Source of the DNA: Diadema antillarum
Taxonomy: Eukaryota
Reading direction: 5' to 3'
Length of the DNA: 64,000 nucleotides
Assembly: GCF_040938485.1 (NCBI RefSeq)
Contig: NW_027270999.1
Span: forward strand, 1,860,001 to 1,924,000
The notes beneath the pieces were generated by a model, which was not told where the DNA came from, searched no databases, and saw only the letters and a program-made list of their open reading frames with translations. This document shows positions 11,501-22,859 of this stretch, in pieces. Each line of letters opens with the position of its first letter. Within the stretch, counting starts at the first letter, position 1. The position numbers were made by a program, and so were the translations under genes.

Positions 11501-14500
11501 TGTTGAAAAAATGATAAGATTGGTAAAAAATAAGTATTGTCATATTCTCAAAGAGAACCTGCTATTTGACTTTGAATAGAGTGCCATGATCATTGTTAGT
11601 TGTGTATTATTATCCAGCACCAAGCTAGATTTGGCACTTGGTTACTACTGTAGTAATGAGGCAATTAAAAGGATGGTTGACGCTGTGTCTACAACATATA
11701 ATGGTCTGCTAACAGCAAGTCATGAAAGACAAGATTACATGGTGGATTCTTGGATGAAATCAGTGGCAAAACCCAGTCATTCAACTGAGGAATCAGATAA
11801 GCACCTGTCACAAAATGATCATTATTATAGATGAAAGCTCATCTTCCATCCCTGTATGATTTTTGCATTGGTGCTTTGTCTCCACAATGAGATAAATGCA
11901 AAGTAAAACAATTTTTTTAATGGGTATGTGATTTTTGTCGTTTTCTGCAGTACTTTATAATATCTGTGATATCTAGCAGGTATAGTGCTTCATATCAAAC
12001 TCTTGCTTTCACAAAAATGTCAACACATTATGCTCTAGTCACCACACTTCTGTTTGATGCAGCCAACATGCAGACTATGCAGCCTGTTGACTTGAGGCAG
12101 ATAAAGTTAGGGCCAGTCTAGCTTGCAGGCACAAACCCTTGTTGGTCATAAAGGAGTCTATGCCAATACTATTATGCACTGGCACTGTCCCATATAGGCC
12201 CTGTACTGTAGCCTCTCCCAACGAGAGAGAGGCTGCAGTGCCAGCGGTGGGAAGCATATGTTGGAGCGATGTTCAGCCGAAGATATGAAATATGTTTTAG
12301 GATTAGGGTTAGATTTTACTCAGTTTATTACCCTAGGACAGTGAGAACAATGTTACCCTAACTCTAACCCTAATCCTAAAACATTTAATATCCTCGGCTG
12401 AGCATTGCTCCAGCACATGCTACCCCAGTGGTGCATGTATTAATTAGTCTTGGCACGGACTCCTTTACAACAAACAAGAGTTTGTGCCTGCAAAGTAGGC
12501 TAGTCTGTTGTTGCAGACTCAAATGACTTGGTCAACAATGATTTAGATTATGGGAGTTCGGGAGTTAGAAACCAATATTGATCATTACTTCTTCATGCAG
12601 GAACGTTACAGGACCATATGGTTGGTATGGACATGATTGCAGACTACATCCTCTTCACATTAAACAGCATGCAAAAGTTTGAGTAAGTTTCTGAATTTTG
12701 AGAGATTTTTTTTCCCGTTAATACCTTATATCGTTAGGTAAACATTATGAAAACAAGCAAACCAAAATCATTGCATGATGCTGTATACGCCATTTATTTT
12801 GCGTGGTTTTTATCTTCTCAAATTTTTGAGTCGCATGCTACCCTTAAATTTAACAACATACAAAAGTATTAACTCTGATCCTGGCATAAATGCAACCTGT
12901 ACACTGTATCCCTACATTTCTCTATTCATTACTGTACTCCATGATCATGAATTCAACCCCTAGCAAAATTATCAGAAAGTCCCGATTTTCAAAAATTAGT
13001 TAATTATTATAGCATATACAGTAATTAATAAAGAAATATCATACTTAATTTCTTTTTAACCCGTTGAAGACGAGTATACTCAGGGGCAGGTGTCTATGGG
13101 AAATGCGTGTTGTAGCGAAATCAAACCATCCTCAATGGGTTAATGTGCAAGCATGTATGTGATATCATTCAATTTTGCTGTTCTTGTCAAGAAAACTGAT
13201 TGATGTTTTCTGAAGTTGTTATTTCAATAGAAACTGATGTATGTGTCACTTCAAATGTATTTTGAAAATAACGAAATGTGAAATATTTGATATAATATTT
13301 AGCACAGTGGTGTTTTCCTTTGCAAAATCATATCCAAATATGAGAATGTATTACTGACAGTATCTATATAAAGACCTCGTGAATAAGATTCACACCAAAA
13401 TGGTTCTACAAGTGGACAGTGTCACAAACTGTAAAGTATAATGTGGATATCTTGAATGGAATATGAAAATGTGGTCATTTTTTTTTTCCAAGGGGGAAGA
13501 ATAGATGATGGGAATATCTATATCACAGTTGATGAATCCATGCAGAAAAAGCTCAGTAGTGATAGAAGAGTGCCCTAGAGTTCATTGCTATCATGTGTCC
13601 CTCTCACTCTCTCCAGCTATGTAGATGTTTACAGCCTTTCAGTGCCTTGTGATAGCATCGATAGTGTGCTCAGAGATGTGGCAGTAAAGTTTGGAAAGAC
13701 AAGGAAGCTGCGGACATATGAGGGTATGTATTACTGTAAGTTGGGAGTGCAAGTGAATGTATCTGTGCACAAGTTTCTGAGTTTTCCTTTCTTTAACCTT
13801 AAACCTTGTATTGTTTTATCCCAAAAATATATGATATTGTATGGTCTAGGGTAATGGTAGAAAGGTTATGGATATCAGTATGTGTGATAAGCCTGCCATT
13901 ACAGGGGCAAGAAAAAAAGGGGGGGGGGGTCATCCTTTTTTTTGGCTCATCAAAAAAAGAAAGGCGGGGGGAATCACAAAACCAATTTATTTCCAAAGGT
14001 TTCATCCTTAGATTCTTCCTGTTTTTCAGCCCCCACCCTAAAAAATGTTCTGCAGCCTTTGCATTATATGCATACAATACCTCATGACAAATGCTCTTTA
14101 ACACGCAGAACTTCACAAACAGCATCCTAATATACAATGCAAAATATATTGCTTTCATAGGAGACTTAATGATACAGAAATTAAAAAAATTAACCCATTG
14201 AGGACCAGCTGATTTTGCTAAAACATGTATTTCCCATAGACACAGGCTCAAGTATACTTGGGACTAGTCTTCAATGAGTTAAAAAAATGAAATATGATGG
14301 TCCAGAGAAAGAGGAATTGCAATTTTAGTAATAATATTCTTCATCAGACTCATTGTGTATGTGCAAATCGAGTGCCTCTTTCTGGTAAAATCATAAAGTG
14401 CATTAGATAGTTACTGAGGGGATTGTGATTTGATAGATAATAACTAAGTTCTTTACAACTGAAAAGCACCCAATTTTATCCTTTTTTTTCGTACAGGATC

Positions 14501-14591
14501 AAGGACAGAGGTTCTGAACCTTGAGGCAGCAGCAGCCATCTTTGTGCGTGATTTCAGGAATGGTGCGCTTGGGAGAATATCGCTGGATTGA
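5571..14591 (+). CDS. MTG1: Mitochondrial ribosome-associated GTPase 1 (RbgA/YlqF-type circularly permuted GTPase), 311 aa, 10 coding exons
   Basis: Exons: 5571-5655, 6336-6400, 6878-6982, 7718-7807, 8540-8687, 9934-9995, 10641-10737, 12601-12682, 13617-13723, 14497-14591 (936 nt, GT-AG, in frame, TGA stop). Motifs appear in cpGTPase order: WFPSHM, EVHDAR, LNKKD (G4), GIPNVGKSSLIN (G1), PGVT (G2), LDTPG (G3), C-terminal FRNGALGRISLD. An in-frame TGA upstream fixes the ATG at 5571. Confidence 0.96.
7092..7176. mobile_element. ~85-bp piggyBac-like mini-element (copy 1 of 5)
   Basis: TTAA flanks, CCCGTT left terminus and degenerate right end. Same family as 13060, 14194, 30250 and 36068. Confidence 0.7.
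7830..8260 (-). mobile_element. Degenerate RTE-clade LINE 3' fragment in MTG1 intron 4
   Basis: Minus-strand translation SLESWFNTARLQCAGHM resembles the RTE motif SIE...AQLRWAGHV.RM. Upstream RKLLPCHTRC resembles RKLN.FH.RCLR. Boundaries approximate. Confidence 0.5.
10966..11230 (-). mobile_element. tRNA-derived SINE (SINE2)
   Basis: Minus-strand head has box A TGGCTCAGTGAG and box B GGTTCAAACCC. It is followed by a non-tRNA body and an (ATT)n tail. There is no complete cloverleaf end. Confidence 0.8.
12250..12424. mobile_element. Palindromic MITE with inverted TTAGGG-like repeats and 9-bp TSD (Mutator-like)
   Basis: Arms GGAAGCATATGTTGGAGC.../...GCTCCAGCACATGCTACC. Internal TTAGGATTAGGGTTAG and CTAACCCTAATCCTAA. 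Flanks CCAGCGGTG (12241-12249) and CCAGTGGTG (12425-12433). Confidence 0.7.
13060..13139. mobile_element. ~80-bp piggyBac-like mini-element (copy 2)
   Basis: TTAA|CCCGTTGAAGAC...CCTCAATGGG|TTAA. Confidence 0.75.
14194..14278. mobile_element. ~85-bp piggyBac-like mini-element (copy 3, opposite orientation)
   Basis: TTAA|CCCATTGAGGAC...GTCTTCAATGAG|TTAA. Confidence 0.75.
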
Positions 14592-14789
14592 AACGTGGGA
14601 TCAGAAAACATGAACTATAGTCTCTCAGTGACTCAACACACTTTGAGATGTCTCTGGAAACATTTAAAACAAGTGGCCTTTGCTTTTCTTGCTACTAAGA
14701 GGAGACATTTTCCGGCTTTACGTGGCATGAATTGAACTGTCAAATAGAGAAGAGAGAGGAACATGCAGGACAGTAAAGTGGATGGACAA

Positions 14790-15110
14790 AGGGCTCTAAA
14801 ACTTAACACCAGCTTTTCCACATCCACCATTTTTTTCCCACTATTTGAATAATTTTTGATAACATCACACCTTCTTCCTTTTTCTGCCTGACTTTGCCAT
14901 AAAAATCTAAAAAACATCATATTCAACCTTTTCATAATCATTACTGGAGCTGAATCGAACATAAGCAAATGTACTATTTGACTAACTTCCAAATTTTTCA
15001 ATACTATCACTCTCCCAAAGAAAGTCAAACTTCTTTTCCTCCAGTTGTCTAGGAGGCATTGCATTTTATCCAGCTTATTTTCCCAGTTTGCTTTATATGT
15101 GATCTTCTCA
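14790..15110 (-). mobile_element. L1/Tx1-clade LINE ORF2 fragment (region after the RT core)
   Basis: Translation NWENKLDKMQCLLDNWRKRSLTFFGRVIVLK...FFRFLWQ...SGKKMVDV matches the L1/Tx1 W..R.LS..GR..L.K / F.W / GGL..D pattern. Lower boundary approximate. Confidence 0.75.
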
Positions 15111-16994
15111 CTCTCCGAATTGACCTCACCATTCTCTCCCACACCCCGCCCATGTGACTTGCCGTTGGGGTGTTTAAAGTCCAGTTTATTCCTTGATCAA
15201 GAAGGTAGTTGTTCACCTTGGACTGGTTGAGGGACTCCAAGCTCTCTCGCAACTATTTTTCTGCGCCCCTAAAATTTGTCCCATTGTCACTCACTATCTT
15301 CTCGGGCTTGCCTCTCCTAGCAATGAATCGTTTCAAAGCGTTGACGAAAGAATCCATTTCGAGCAAGTGAGCGACTTCAACATGAACTGCTCTGCTGTTC
15401 ATGCAGGTGAACAAACAGCCATACCTCTTTACTGTGCCATGGCCTTGTTTTTACCAGAATTGGTCTGAAATAGTCGACTCCTACATATGTGAAGGAAGGC
15501 TTGGCTGGTGTAAGTCTGTGCAACGGAAGCTCTGCCATCATCTGTTTCATTCTCGGTGCATTCCTCCTCTCGCACCTGAAACATTTTCCTACAACCTTCC
15601 TCACTGCAACTCCTCTCATCACGCAATACCTGGTTTTCAGGGGAGACCACGTCATTTCTGCTCCAGAGTGTCCTTCCAGATGATGGTACAGTGTGAAATG
15701 AGCCTCGTAACGTGATGTTCATGAGGCAAGATGACGGGATGTTTCTCATCGTTGTCAAAAGGAGCATTGCTGAGCCTGCCACCTATTCGGACGATTTTGT
15801 CTACTATGATTGGATTCAGCTTTTTCAAAGCACAGCCTTTCAGATCCTTGCCATCAAGATAATCACCAAACACACCTCTTTGCACGATTTTGATGATGTC
15901 TCTCTCAGCTAGCATCAGCTCTTCTGCTGGCAATGAAGACTTCAACTTTCCATTCTGTTTACCCTTTGCCTTGGCGAGAAACCACCTCTTGTAGCAGAGA
16001 AGCCATGCCACGACTCCCTTCAACCCTTCAATTTATTCCATGAAAAATATCTACTGAAGAGATCTTGCAAGTTACCTCTCAGTGAAGTAGCATACACATG
16101 GATTTCTTTCTTCACTTCTGGGTCACTTCGTGCAAGCTTTAGCACTTCTTGAGGTGTAGGCCAGAATTTCTATTCCTTCATGAGGAAATCCGGTCCGGTG
16201 ATCCATCGTTGATTGTTGAGAAGCTCTGATGCTTTCAGACCTCAAGATCCGTCATTTGCTGGATTTGATTTGGTGTCAGCATGTCTCCATTGTTCAGGTT
16301 CTGATGCCTTGTGGATTTGAGCAACTCTGTTTGTGACGAATGTCTTGAACCATCTGCATTTACTTTGTATGTACTGAAGCACCACTGTAGAATCGGTCCA
16401 GAACACGGTCTCATCGATATTGACTCCCACCTCACGTTTGATGCATTGGTCTATAGTCACTGCAAGGACAGCAGCCATCAGTTGCAGTCTTGGAATTGAA
16501 ACCACCTTCATGGGTGCTAATCTAGCCCTCCGTAAGACAAACGCACAATGTACTTCACCTGATCTGTCTGTCAGGCTCAAGTAGGACACAGCCGCATATC
16601 CAAGTTCAGATGCATCACAGAAGTGGTAGAGTTGAGCGGATTCAAGTTCTTGGAATCCCTCCTGCTTCAGACACCTACTTATCTGGATCTTGGTCAGCAA
16701 AGGCAAATCACTCAGCCACTCTTGCCACTGTTTTCCTTCTTCCAGTGAAATCTTTGCATCCCAAGTCGAATCCTATCTGCATAGGTTCTGTAGGAGTACC
16801 TTAGCTGGTAGCACGAATGGGGCGAGGAAACCCGATGGGTCATAAAGGGAGCTTGCAACAGACAAAATCCTGCATCTTGTTGCCGGCTTCTCCTTTACCT
16901 GGACCATGAACTTGAAAGAATCTGTTTCCATGTTCCACATGATGCCAAGGGTTTGTTGAACTGGTAAATCCTCTTTAGATCTAGGTTCAGCGCT

Positions 16995-17357
16995 GACTCA
17001 ACCCTTTCCGACTCAGGAATGGACGTCTCAAGGACGTCTCGATCATTGCAGAGCCATTTTGTGAGTCTGAAACCTCCTTGTGCTTGAAGATGCCTCAGAT
17101 CTTCCACTAGACTCATTGCATCATCTCGGCACTTCATTGACTTTAAACAGTCGTCAACGTAAGAGTTGTTCAGGACTCAACCCTTTCCGACTCAGGAATG
17201 GACGTCTCAAGGACGTCTCGATCATTGCAGAGCCATTTTGTGAGTCTGAAACCTCCTTGTGCTTGAAGATGCCTCAGATCTTCCACTAGACTCATTGCAT
17301 CATCTCGGCACTTCATTGACTTTAAACAGTCGTCAACGTAAAAGTTGTTCAGGACTC
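16995..17357. repeat. 179-bp near-perfect tandem duplication inside BEL RT, including the YVDD motif
   Basis: 16995-17173 repeats at 17174-17352, with GACTC microhomology at the junctions. I noticed one substitution (NNSYVDD vs NNFYVDD). Confidence 0.9.
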
Positions 17358-20300
17358 TATCAATGACTTCTTTGTTGAACTGTCCCCGAGCATCCTCGTG
17401 CAAACCCTGCACAACTTGGCGAAGAAGTCGCACCAAAAAGATGTACTGTCATGCGATATTCTGTAGGCTCCTTGGATAGGTCACCATCCCTCTACCACAG
17501 GAATCTCATCGCATCTGTGTCTTTGACTGAAACCTTGAATTGGTGGAACAGCCCTTGCACGTCTGCAACAAAGGCAACTCGTTCCTGCCTGAATCTTGTA
17601 AGTACTCCAGTCAAGTTGTTGGTTAGATCAGGCCCTTGTAGTACTTGATCGTTGAGAGCTGTGCCATGACAGCGAGCAGCGCAATCAAAGACTACTCTCA
17701 CCTTCACCGGTTTGTGTGGATGCATGACTGCATGGCATGGGAGGTACCACTTCAACTCCTTAGGTTCCTTTGATTTCTTTTCTCCATCGTCTGAACTCTT
17801 GGATTGGTGATCAGACTCGTCTTTCACCTCTCCAGCTTCCATGTGAGGTACATGTAGTTCAAGATGACTTCTGCCAGATAGGGATTGGACGGCATCTCAG
17901 GTGGCCAATATCACCATGGTAGGCTGACTTCATGATGATTACCAACCTTCCTTGCTGTATTTTCCATCATCTTCAGTGCCCGCTGGTCCTTGATTGACAT
18001 GCCCGTCCTCTCCTCCTGCAGATAGCCTCCAAAAGCCAGCTCCCAAAACTTTCAGTTGGCTGTGGCGAGGATCTTCTTCGTCTCTTACAAGTTGACACTA
18101 ACTGATGAGGATTCTGCTCTTTGATGACGTATGACATTGGTCCTAACAGACTCCATCCCAATGTTGTGTGCACAGCATATGTCTCCTTAGGATTGCCCCT
18201 ACATTGGTCTAACACCCAGAAAGCTTCTGGGGTGTCTCCTCCAATCAGAAGCTGTACATCTTCCTCATCAATGCAGGGTAGTGTGATCCCCTTCAAGTGT
18301 GGCTATCCTGCCAAGTCTGCCTGTGTAGGAATGCAAGTGTGTGAGATATTCATCTCCTTGACAGTCCAAACCTTCAGAAGATTGATGTTCTCTCTGTCTG
18401 TGATGTTGCTCACCATCAGCCCAACTTCCAAGCCCTTCTGGTTTGATAGACTGTTACCGACAGTGGTCAACTGGAAGTCTTTTGGAGCTCCTTGTATGCC
18501 TACGGTAGCTGCTTCACCTGTCACTTCGTCTGTCACTTCGTCTGTCACTGCAGAGAGACACGTCACTCCCTTCATCCAGTAATCCCCACGCTAAGATTAC
18601 TTGGCCATTTGCTGCAACATTTACAGGAACAACACGGAGGCAGACCTTTCTCCTCAATGAAGATGTGCTGAGACATTGACCTCCGTCTGTCTTGGATGTC
18701 GTCGGATCACTGGTTGCAGTCGCCGTGCTGGTCCCAGTAGAAGATGTAGGCGTGGAGGAATCATTTTGTCTTTGTTCCTTCTTTCCACTTTGTGGAGGGT
18801 GAAGAAGTGTGTGATGTTTCTTGTGGCAACCAGCTTTTTCACACTGCGGTTTTCTTAAACATCCAACAGCAAAGTGAGAAGGTTGGAGACAGTTATCACA
18901 CAGATGTAGTCGCCTGGTCAGTTTGATACGCTCAGAAAAGGGTCTTTCCTTAAACTTCTGGCATCTCTGGAGTCCATGCTGCTGGTCACAGCAAGAACAT
19001 TTTACACTCTGTGGGTGTGCATTGGTAGTCTCACCCTTCATACTTGCTTGAGTGGTGAAAGTCATCCATTGAGGTTCCTTCTTTGGCCCACTTCCGACAG
19101 CAGTCTTTGGTGACTTCCTTATGTTCTGTCCGAACATGTTGCTCGCAAGCTTTGCAGACTGCTCGATGAACTCAGTCATGCTCTCGAAGCTTGGGCAGAC
19201 CCCGTTGCTCATCATCCTGTGTGCCTGCTTGGCCCACTCAGATTGTAGGTGCATTGGTAGGAGGTCTTGGATCTGGAGAAGATTGTCAGAGCTATTCATA
19301 TCGGCTGAAAATCCCATTTGGCAGAGGACCATTTGACATCGGCGCATGTCCCTTGCCAAGATCCACAGTCTCACTCCATCTTTCGGCTTCACCTGTGGTC
19401 GATTCAAAACCTGCTGTATATGAGAATGAGAAACAGCATATGGTTGGCCAAACTGCTCATCCAAAATCTCTCTGGCCTTACACTAACCTTCCCTTGCACC
19501 CAACAAAACACAATTCTCAATGTTTTGTCTTGCCTTACCAGTACAGTATCGTATCAGATATGTTAGTCTCATACGATCAGCACATGCCTTGTCTCCTATG
19601 ACTACATCAAAATTGTTCATAAAACTCCAATACTCTACTGGATTACCACTGAATGTCACCAGCTCTGGTTTTGGCATATTCATTGCCAAATTGAAGGCCT
19701 GAAACATATGAGACATATTATTATCAAGAGTAGCAGCATCATTTTCACATTTATAATCTCTACTTGAGAAAATGGGGGTATGTGGGTTGAACTCTTTCTT
19801 TACTGTTGGGGAGGATTCAAGATTTCTACTCTCTACTTGAACATCCTGATTTTGCACATCAACTTCTTTAAGAGGCTCACCTGAATGAAGTTCTTCATTT
19901 ACTACCTCTTCTGCCCACAATTTTTCTTCTACACTTCTGTATTTGCGAACTCATCCTCGATCTCCATCCTAGCCAACTCTTGACCTAACTGAAACTGTTC
20001 CAATTTCATCCTTTGTGATCTTTCAAATTGCACTTTCGTGAGTTTGGCCAGTTCCTTTTTCACTTTAACCTCCCTTAGCCTTGTAGACAATGAACTCGCA
20101 CTGCTCCTTCGAGATGACCGACTGCTAGTCGTGGTCGCAGGCCTCACAGAAGCGTTGTCGTCATGTCGAACTGATTCAGCGCCACGCCTCTCTCCAGCCT
20201 CCTTCCAGTCCTTCAGTCTGCCACGAAACTCCTCTATGTTCTCCTTGCTCTGTTCAAATTTCTGTAATGCAGCTTCTGCATCAGCACCAACTAGCTTGCT

Positions 20301-20394
20301 GTGATATTCTCTGAATCTGCCTTCATACAGCTGGAATACACTTTTAAGCCGAGTGTACTTCTTCAAAACTGCATCCTTGTTATCAATAAGAACA

Positions 20395-20674
20395 TTGAGT
20401 TGCTTATACATTCCAGAGATGCTTCCCAGGTAGCCTTGACAGCACTGTCGCAATGATTTAACCTCATCTTGAGCTGGTTGAGAGATTTCAGATTCATGTT
20501 CATTGCTCTCCGTTGTGAACCATCCATATAGTTTTGAGTTGCTTATACATTCTAGTGATGCTTCCCAGGTAGCCTTGACAGCACTGTCGCAATGATTTAA
20601 CCTCATCTTGAGCTGGTTGAGAGATTTCAGATTCATGTTCATTGCTCTACTTTGTGAAACCATCCATATAGTTT
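20395..20674. repeat. ~139-bp tandem duplication in the BEL gag 5' region
   Basis: TTGAGTTGCTTATACATT...CATCCATATAGTTT occurs at 20395 and 20534, with several mismatches. Confidence 0.85.
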
Positions 20675-20808
20675 CAAGGGAGCGACATGAGTTGGAGTGT
20701 GAACTTTAAAAATCTAGCCTTGTCCAGAGGACCTTTACTACAATTGTAGATTTAACGTTGCAAAGGCACTGTCCATACACGCACAGTCAGAATCTGAATC
20801 GTAACACT

Positions 20809-20941
20809 TGTTATAGACCCAGTCCTTTATGTTCCACTGGCTATTAAAGTGACTTTATTCAGTTATCCGGCTCATGCAGCTCACAACAGCATAATGTCAT
20901 CTGTGTGATGTGATGTGTATACAGTAGAGTGATGTGTAACA
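20809..20941 (-). repeat. Putative 5' LTR of the BEL/Pao element (133 bp)
   Basis: On the minus strand it begins TGTTAC and ends TATAACA and contains AATAAA. It lies about 120 bp upstream of the gag reading frame. No second copy is available to confirm it. Confidence 0.6.
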
Positions 20942-22671
20942 TGAAGTGAAGTGGTTCACAACTGTTATGTATCCTGGTCAATAAATATAACTCTCCTCAT
21001 TACTCTTCTATTAGAAGACACTGCTTGTCCTTAAAGCTTCCAAACTCACTCTGCTATATAAACAAAGAGTATGCACTCTCTTGGGGTGAGGGTGCTCTAT
21101 GCAAATTAGCTTGGGTGTTCTATGCAAATTAGGGTGCTGAACAGAGCATGCATCATTTTGGAGTTTTGGGATTGTTGCAATATTTTGGGGGTGCCACTGT
21201 CTACCTATTGAGGGATAGTGTTGTCAATAGTATACTTGTTATGCCGCTACACACTGTATCAACTATAAAACAGAGCATGTATTCTTAGACTTTCCCTACT
21301 TTTTTGCTAGTTGTGCCTGCTTGTACGAGATCAGGTTAATGATAAATCACTCAGACTCGGGTTTCTATGGGAGTGTCATAATTTAATCTTGTCTTCTTTT
21401 ATCGCAACTCACTCCAATCCACTCCACTCCACTCCGTGAAAACTGTAACAGAGAATGATATAAACAAAGGCATATAATTAATACATGTGTTAACATACTG
21501 GCATAAATGAATGACTCATTTCATGTGTATGCATAGAAAGATAAAGAACTGTTTGTACCAATAAATGCATCTTATAAGTTAACACTCAGTATCTGACTCT
21601 TTACTTGTGTGTCTTGTTTGCATTTATCTAACTCGAACCTCAACTCTATCTATATTGTTTTCATAATTTCTTATAACATTTCTATTTTAACAGTTCTTTC
21701 AATATGAGACTTCGCATATAATTAAAACACATTCAACTTTAATTTCTGTCCTAAGTTGATACGCAACTCTGTGTTTAAAGACAACTCTAAAATACTCAGA
21801 AAGTCACCATGGCAACGTTCTGATATTAATAAACTTTCATAAATTCTTCTCAAATTTTGTTAGAATAATTTCAGTGCCGTTTTACGTGGCAGCCTAACAT
21901 GTACAATCTGAACAAATAGCTGTGTGTGACTTTGGCTTGACCTTGAGCCTGATTCATTTGACATTTAACTTTCATACGTGCACAAACGTGTTCTCCAATT
22001 AAAGGCTTTTCAACTATCTAAATTTTACCAACCATAACTGCAAGTGTTTGTTGCATAATCGTGTTCTTACACTAAACCTAAATTTCTGTAATGTACATAA
22101 ACGTACTTCGGTCAAGCGAAACACACACGCATACTGCGGTACACATTCTGTCACTGACTACAGTAACATTGCACAAATTATAGCCAAATTTATACATCTT
22201 TAGAGACATAATTTCAATAAATGCTTTAGAAAAGAGTAAATTACTGACCTCCATGCCTATATTTGTCGGTTTGGATTTACCAGGATTCAGGATTCTCAAG
22301 ATAATCCTGAATTTTCTCATTGCAAACAGGGCGAATCGTTCATTGCGACATCATGAATTTCAGTCTCCGTAGATGGCGCTATGAATTGTGCGTATCTCGT
22401 AATTTGCGAGATAAAATGAATTGATCAAACTTTACACTAGTACTTGCCAGTCTTATTAACACTCATAATGAAAAAACACTTGTTGCATATCAATTACAAC
22501 AAATCTCTCTCTGCGTTTTCTCAAAGTAAGATGCCAGTATGCCTGTGCTTTGTGCAACTGGCTCCTTTGACTAGATTCCTTAAACTACTTTCTCTTCACT
22601 GTCTTTGATTTGAAAAAGTAAGTACTAGATACCACTAAAAATTACCACAGAAAAGTACTGATCTGAATACA

Positions 22672-22859
22672 GTGCACTCCCATTATGACGAACACGGTTA
22701 TAACGAAATTCCGGTTACAACAAAGTAAAAATTCAGGCCGCAACATTATCCACTCTATATATTTTTATTATTTATTTGTTCAGTTATGACGAAATTTCGA
22801 TATAACGAAGAAAAAAAACTGCCGGTCCCGAGAACTTCATTATAATGGGAGTCCACTGT
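22672..22859. mobile_element. Tc1/pogo-type MITE (TA TSD); related copy at ~32693-32880
   Basis: TA|CAGTGCACTCCCATTAT...ATAATGGGAGTCCACTG|TA. Confidence 0.7.

Larger units (their letters stand above)
15110..20941 (-). mobile_element. BEL/Pao LTR retrotransposon, decayed (frameshifts and stops), truncated within integrase, 5' LTR only
   Basis: Domain order gag-PR-RT-RH-IN. Gag: LNMPKPELVTFSGNPVEYWSF plus CCHC knuckles (CSCCDQQH...C, CDNCLQPSH...C, CEKAGCHKKHHTLLH). Protease: LLDEGSDVSLC. RT: WYLPCHAV...[21 protein letters not shown]. Pao RNase H: LYHFCDASELGYAAV. Integrase: KCFRC, FTYVGVDYF, SHMGGVWERMVRS. Confidence 0.95.

Noticed and set aside
15110-20941. Active or domesticated retrotransposon gene
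   Set aside because: Multiple frameshifts and stops, internal duplications, a truncated integrase and no 3' LTR.
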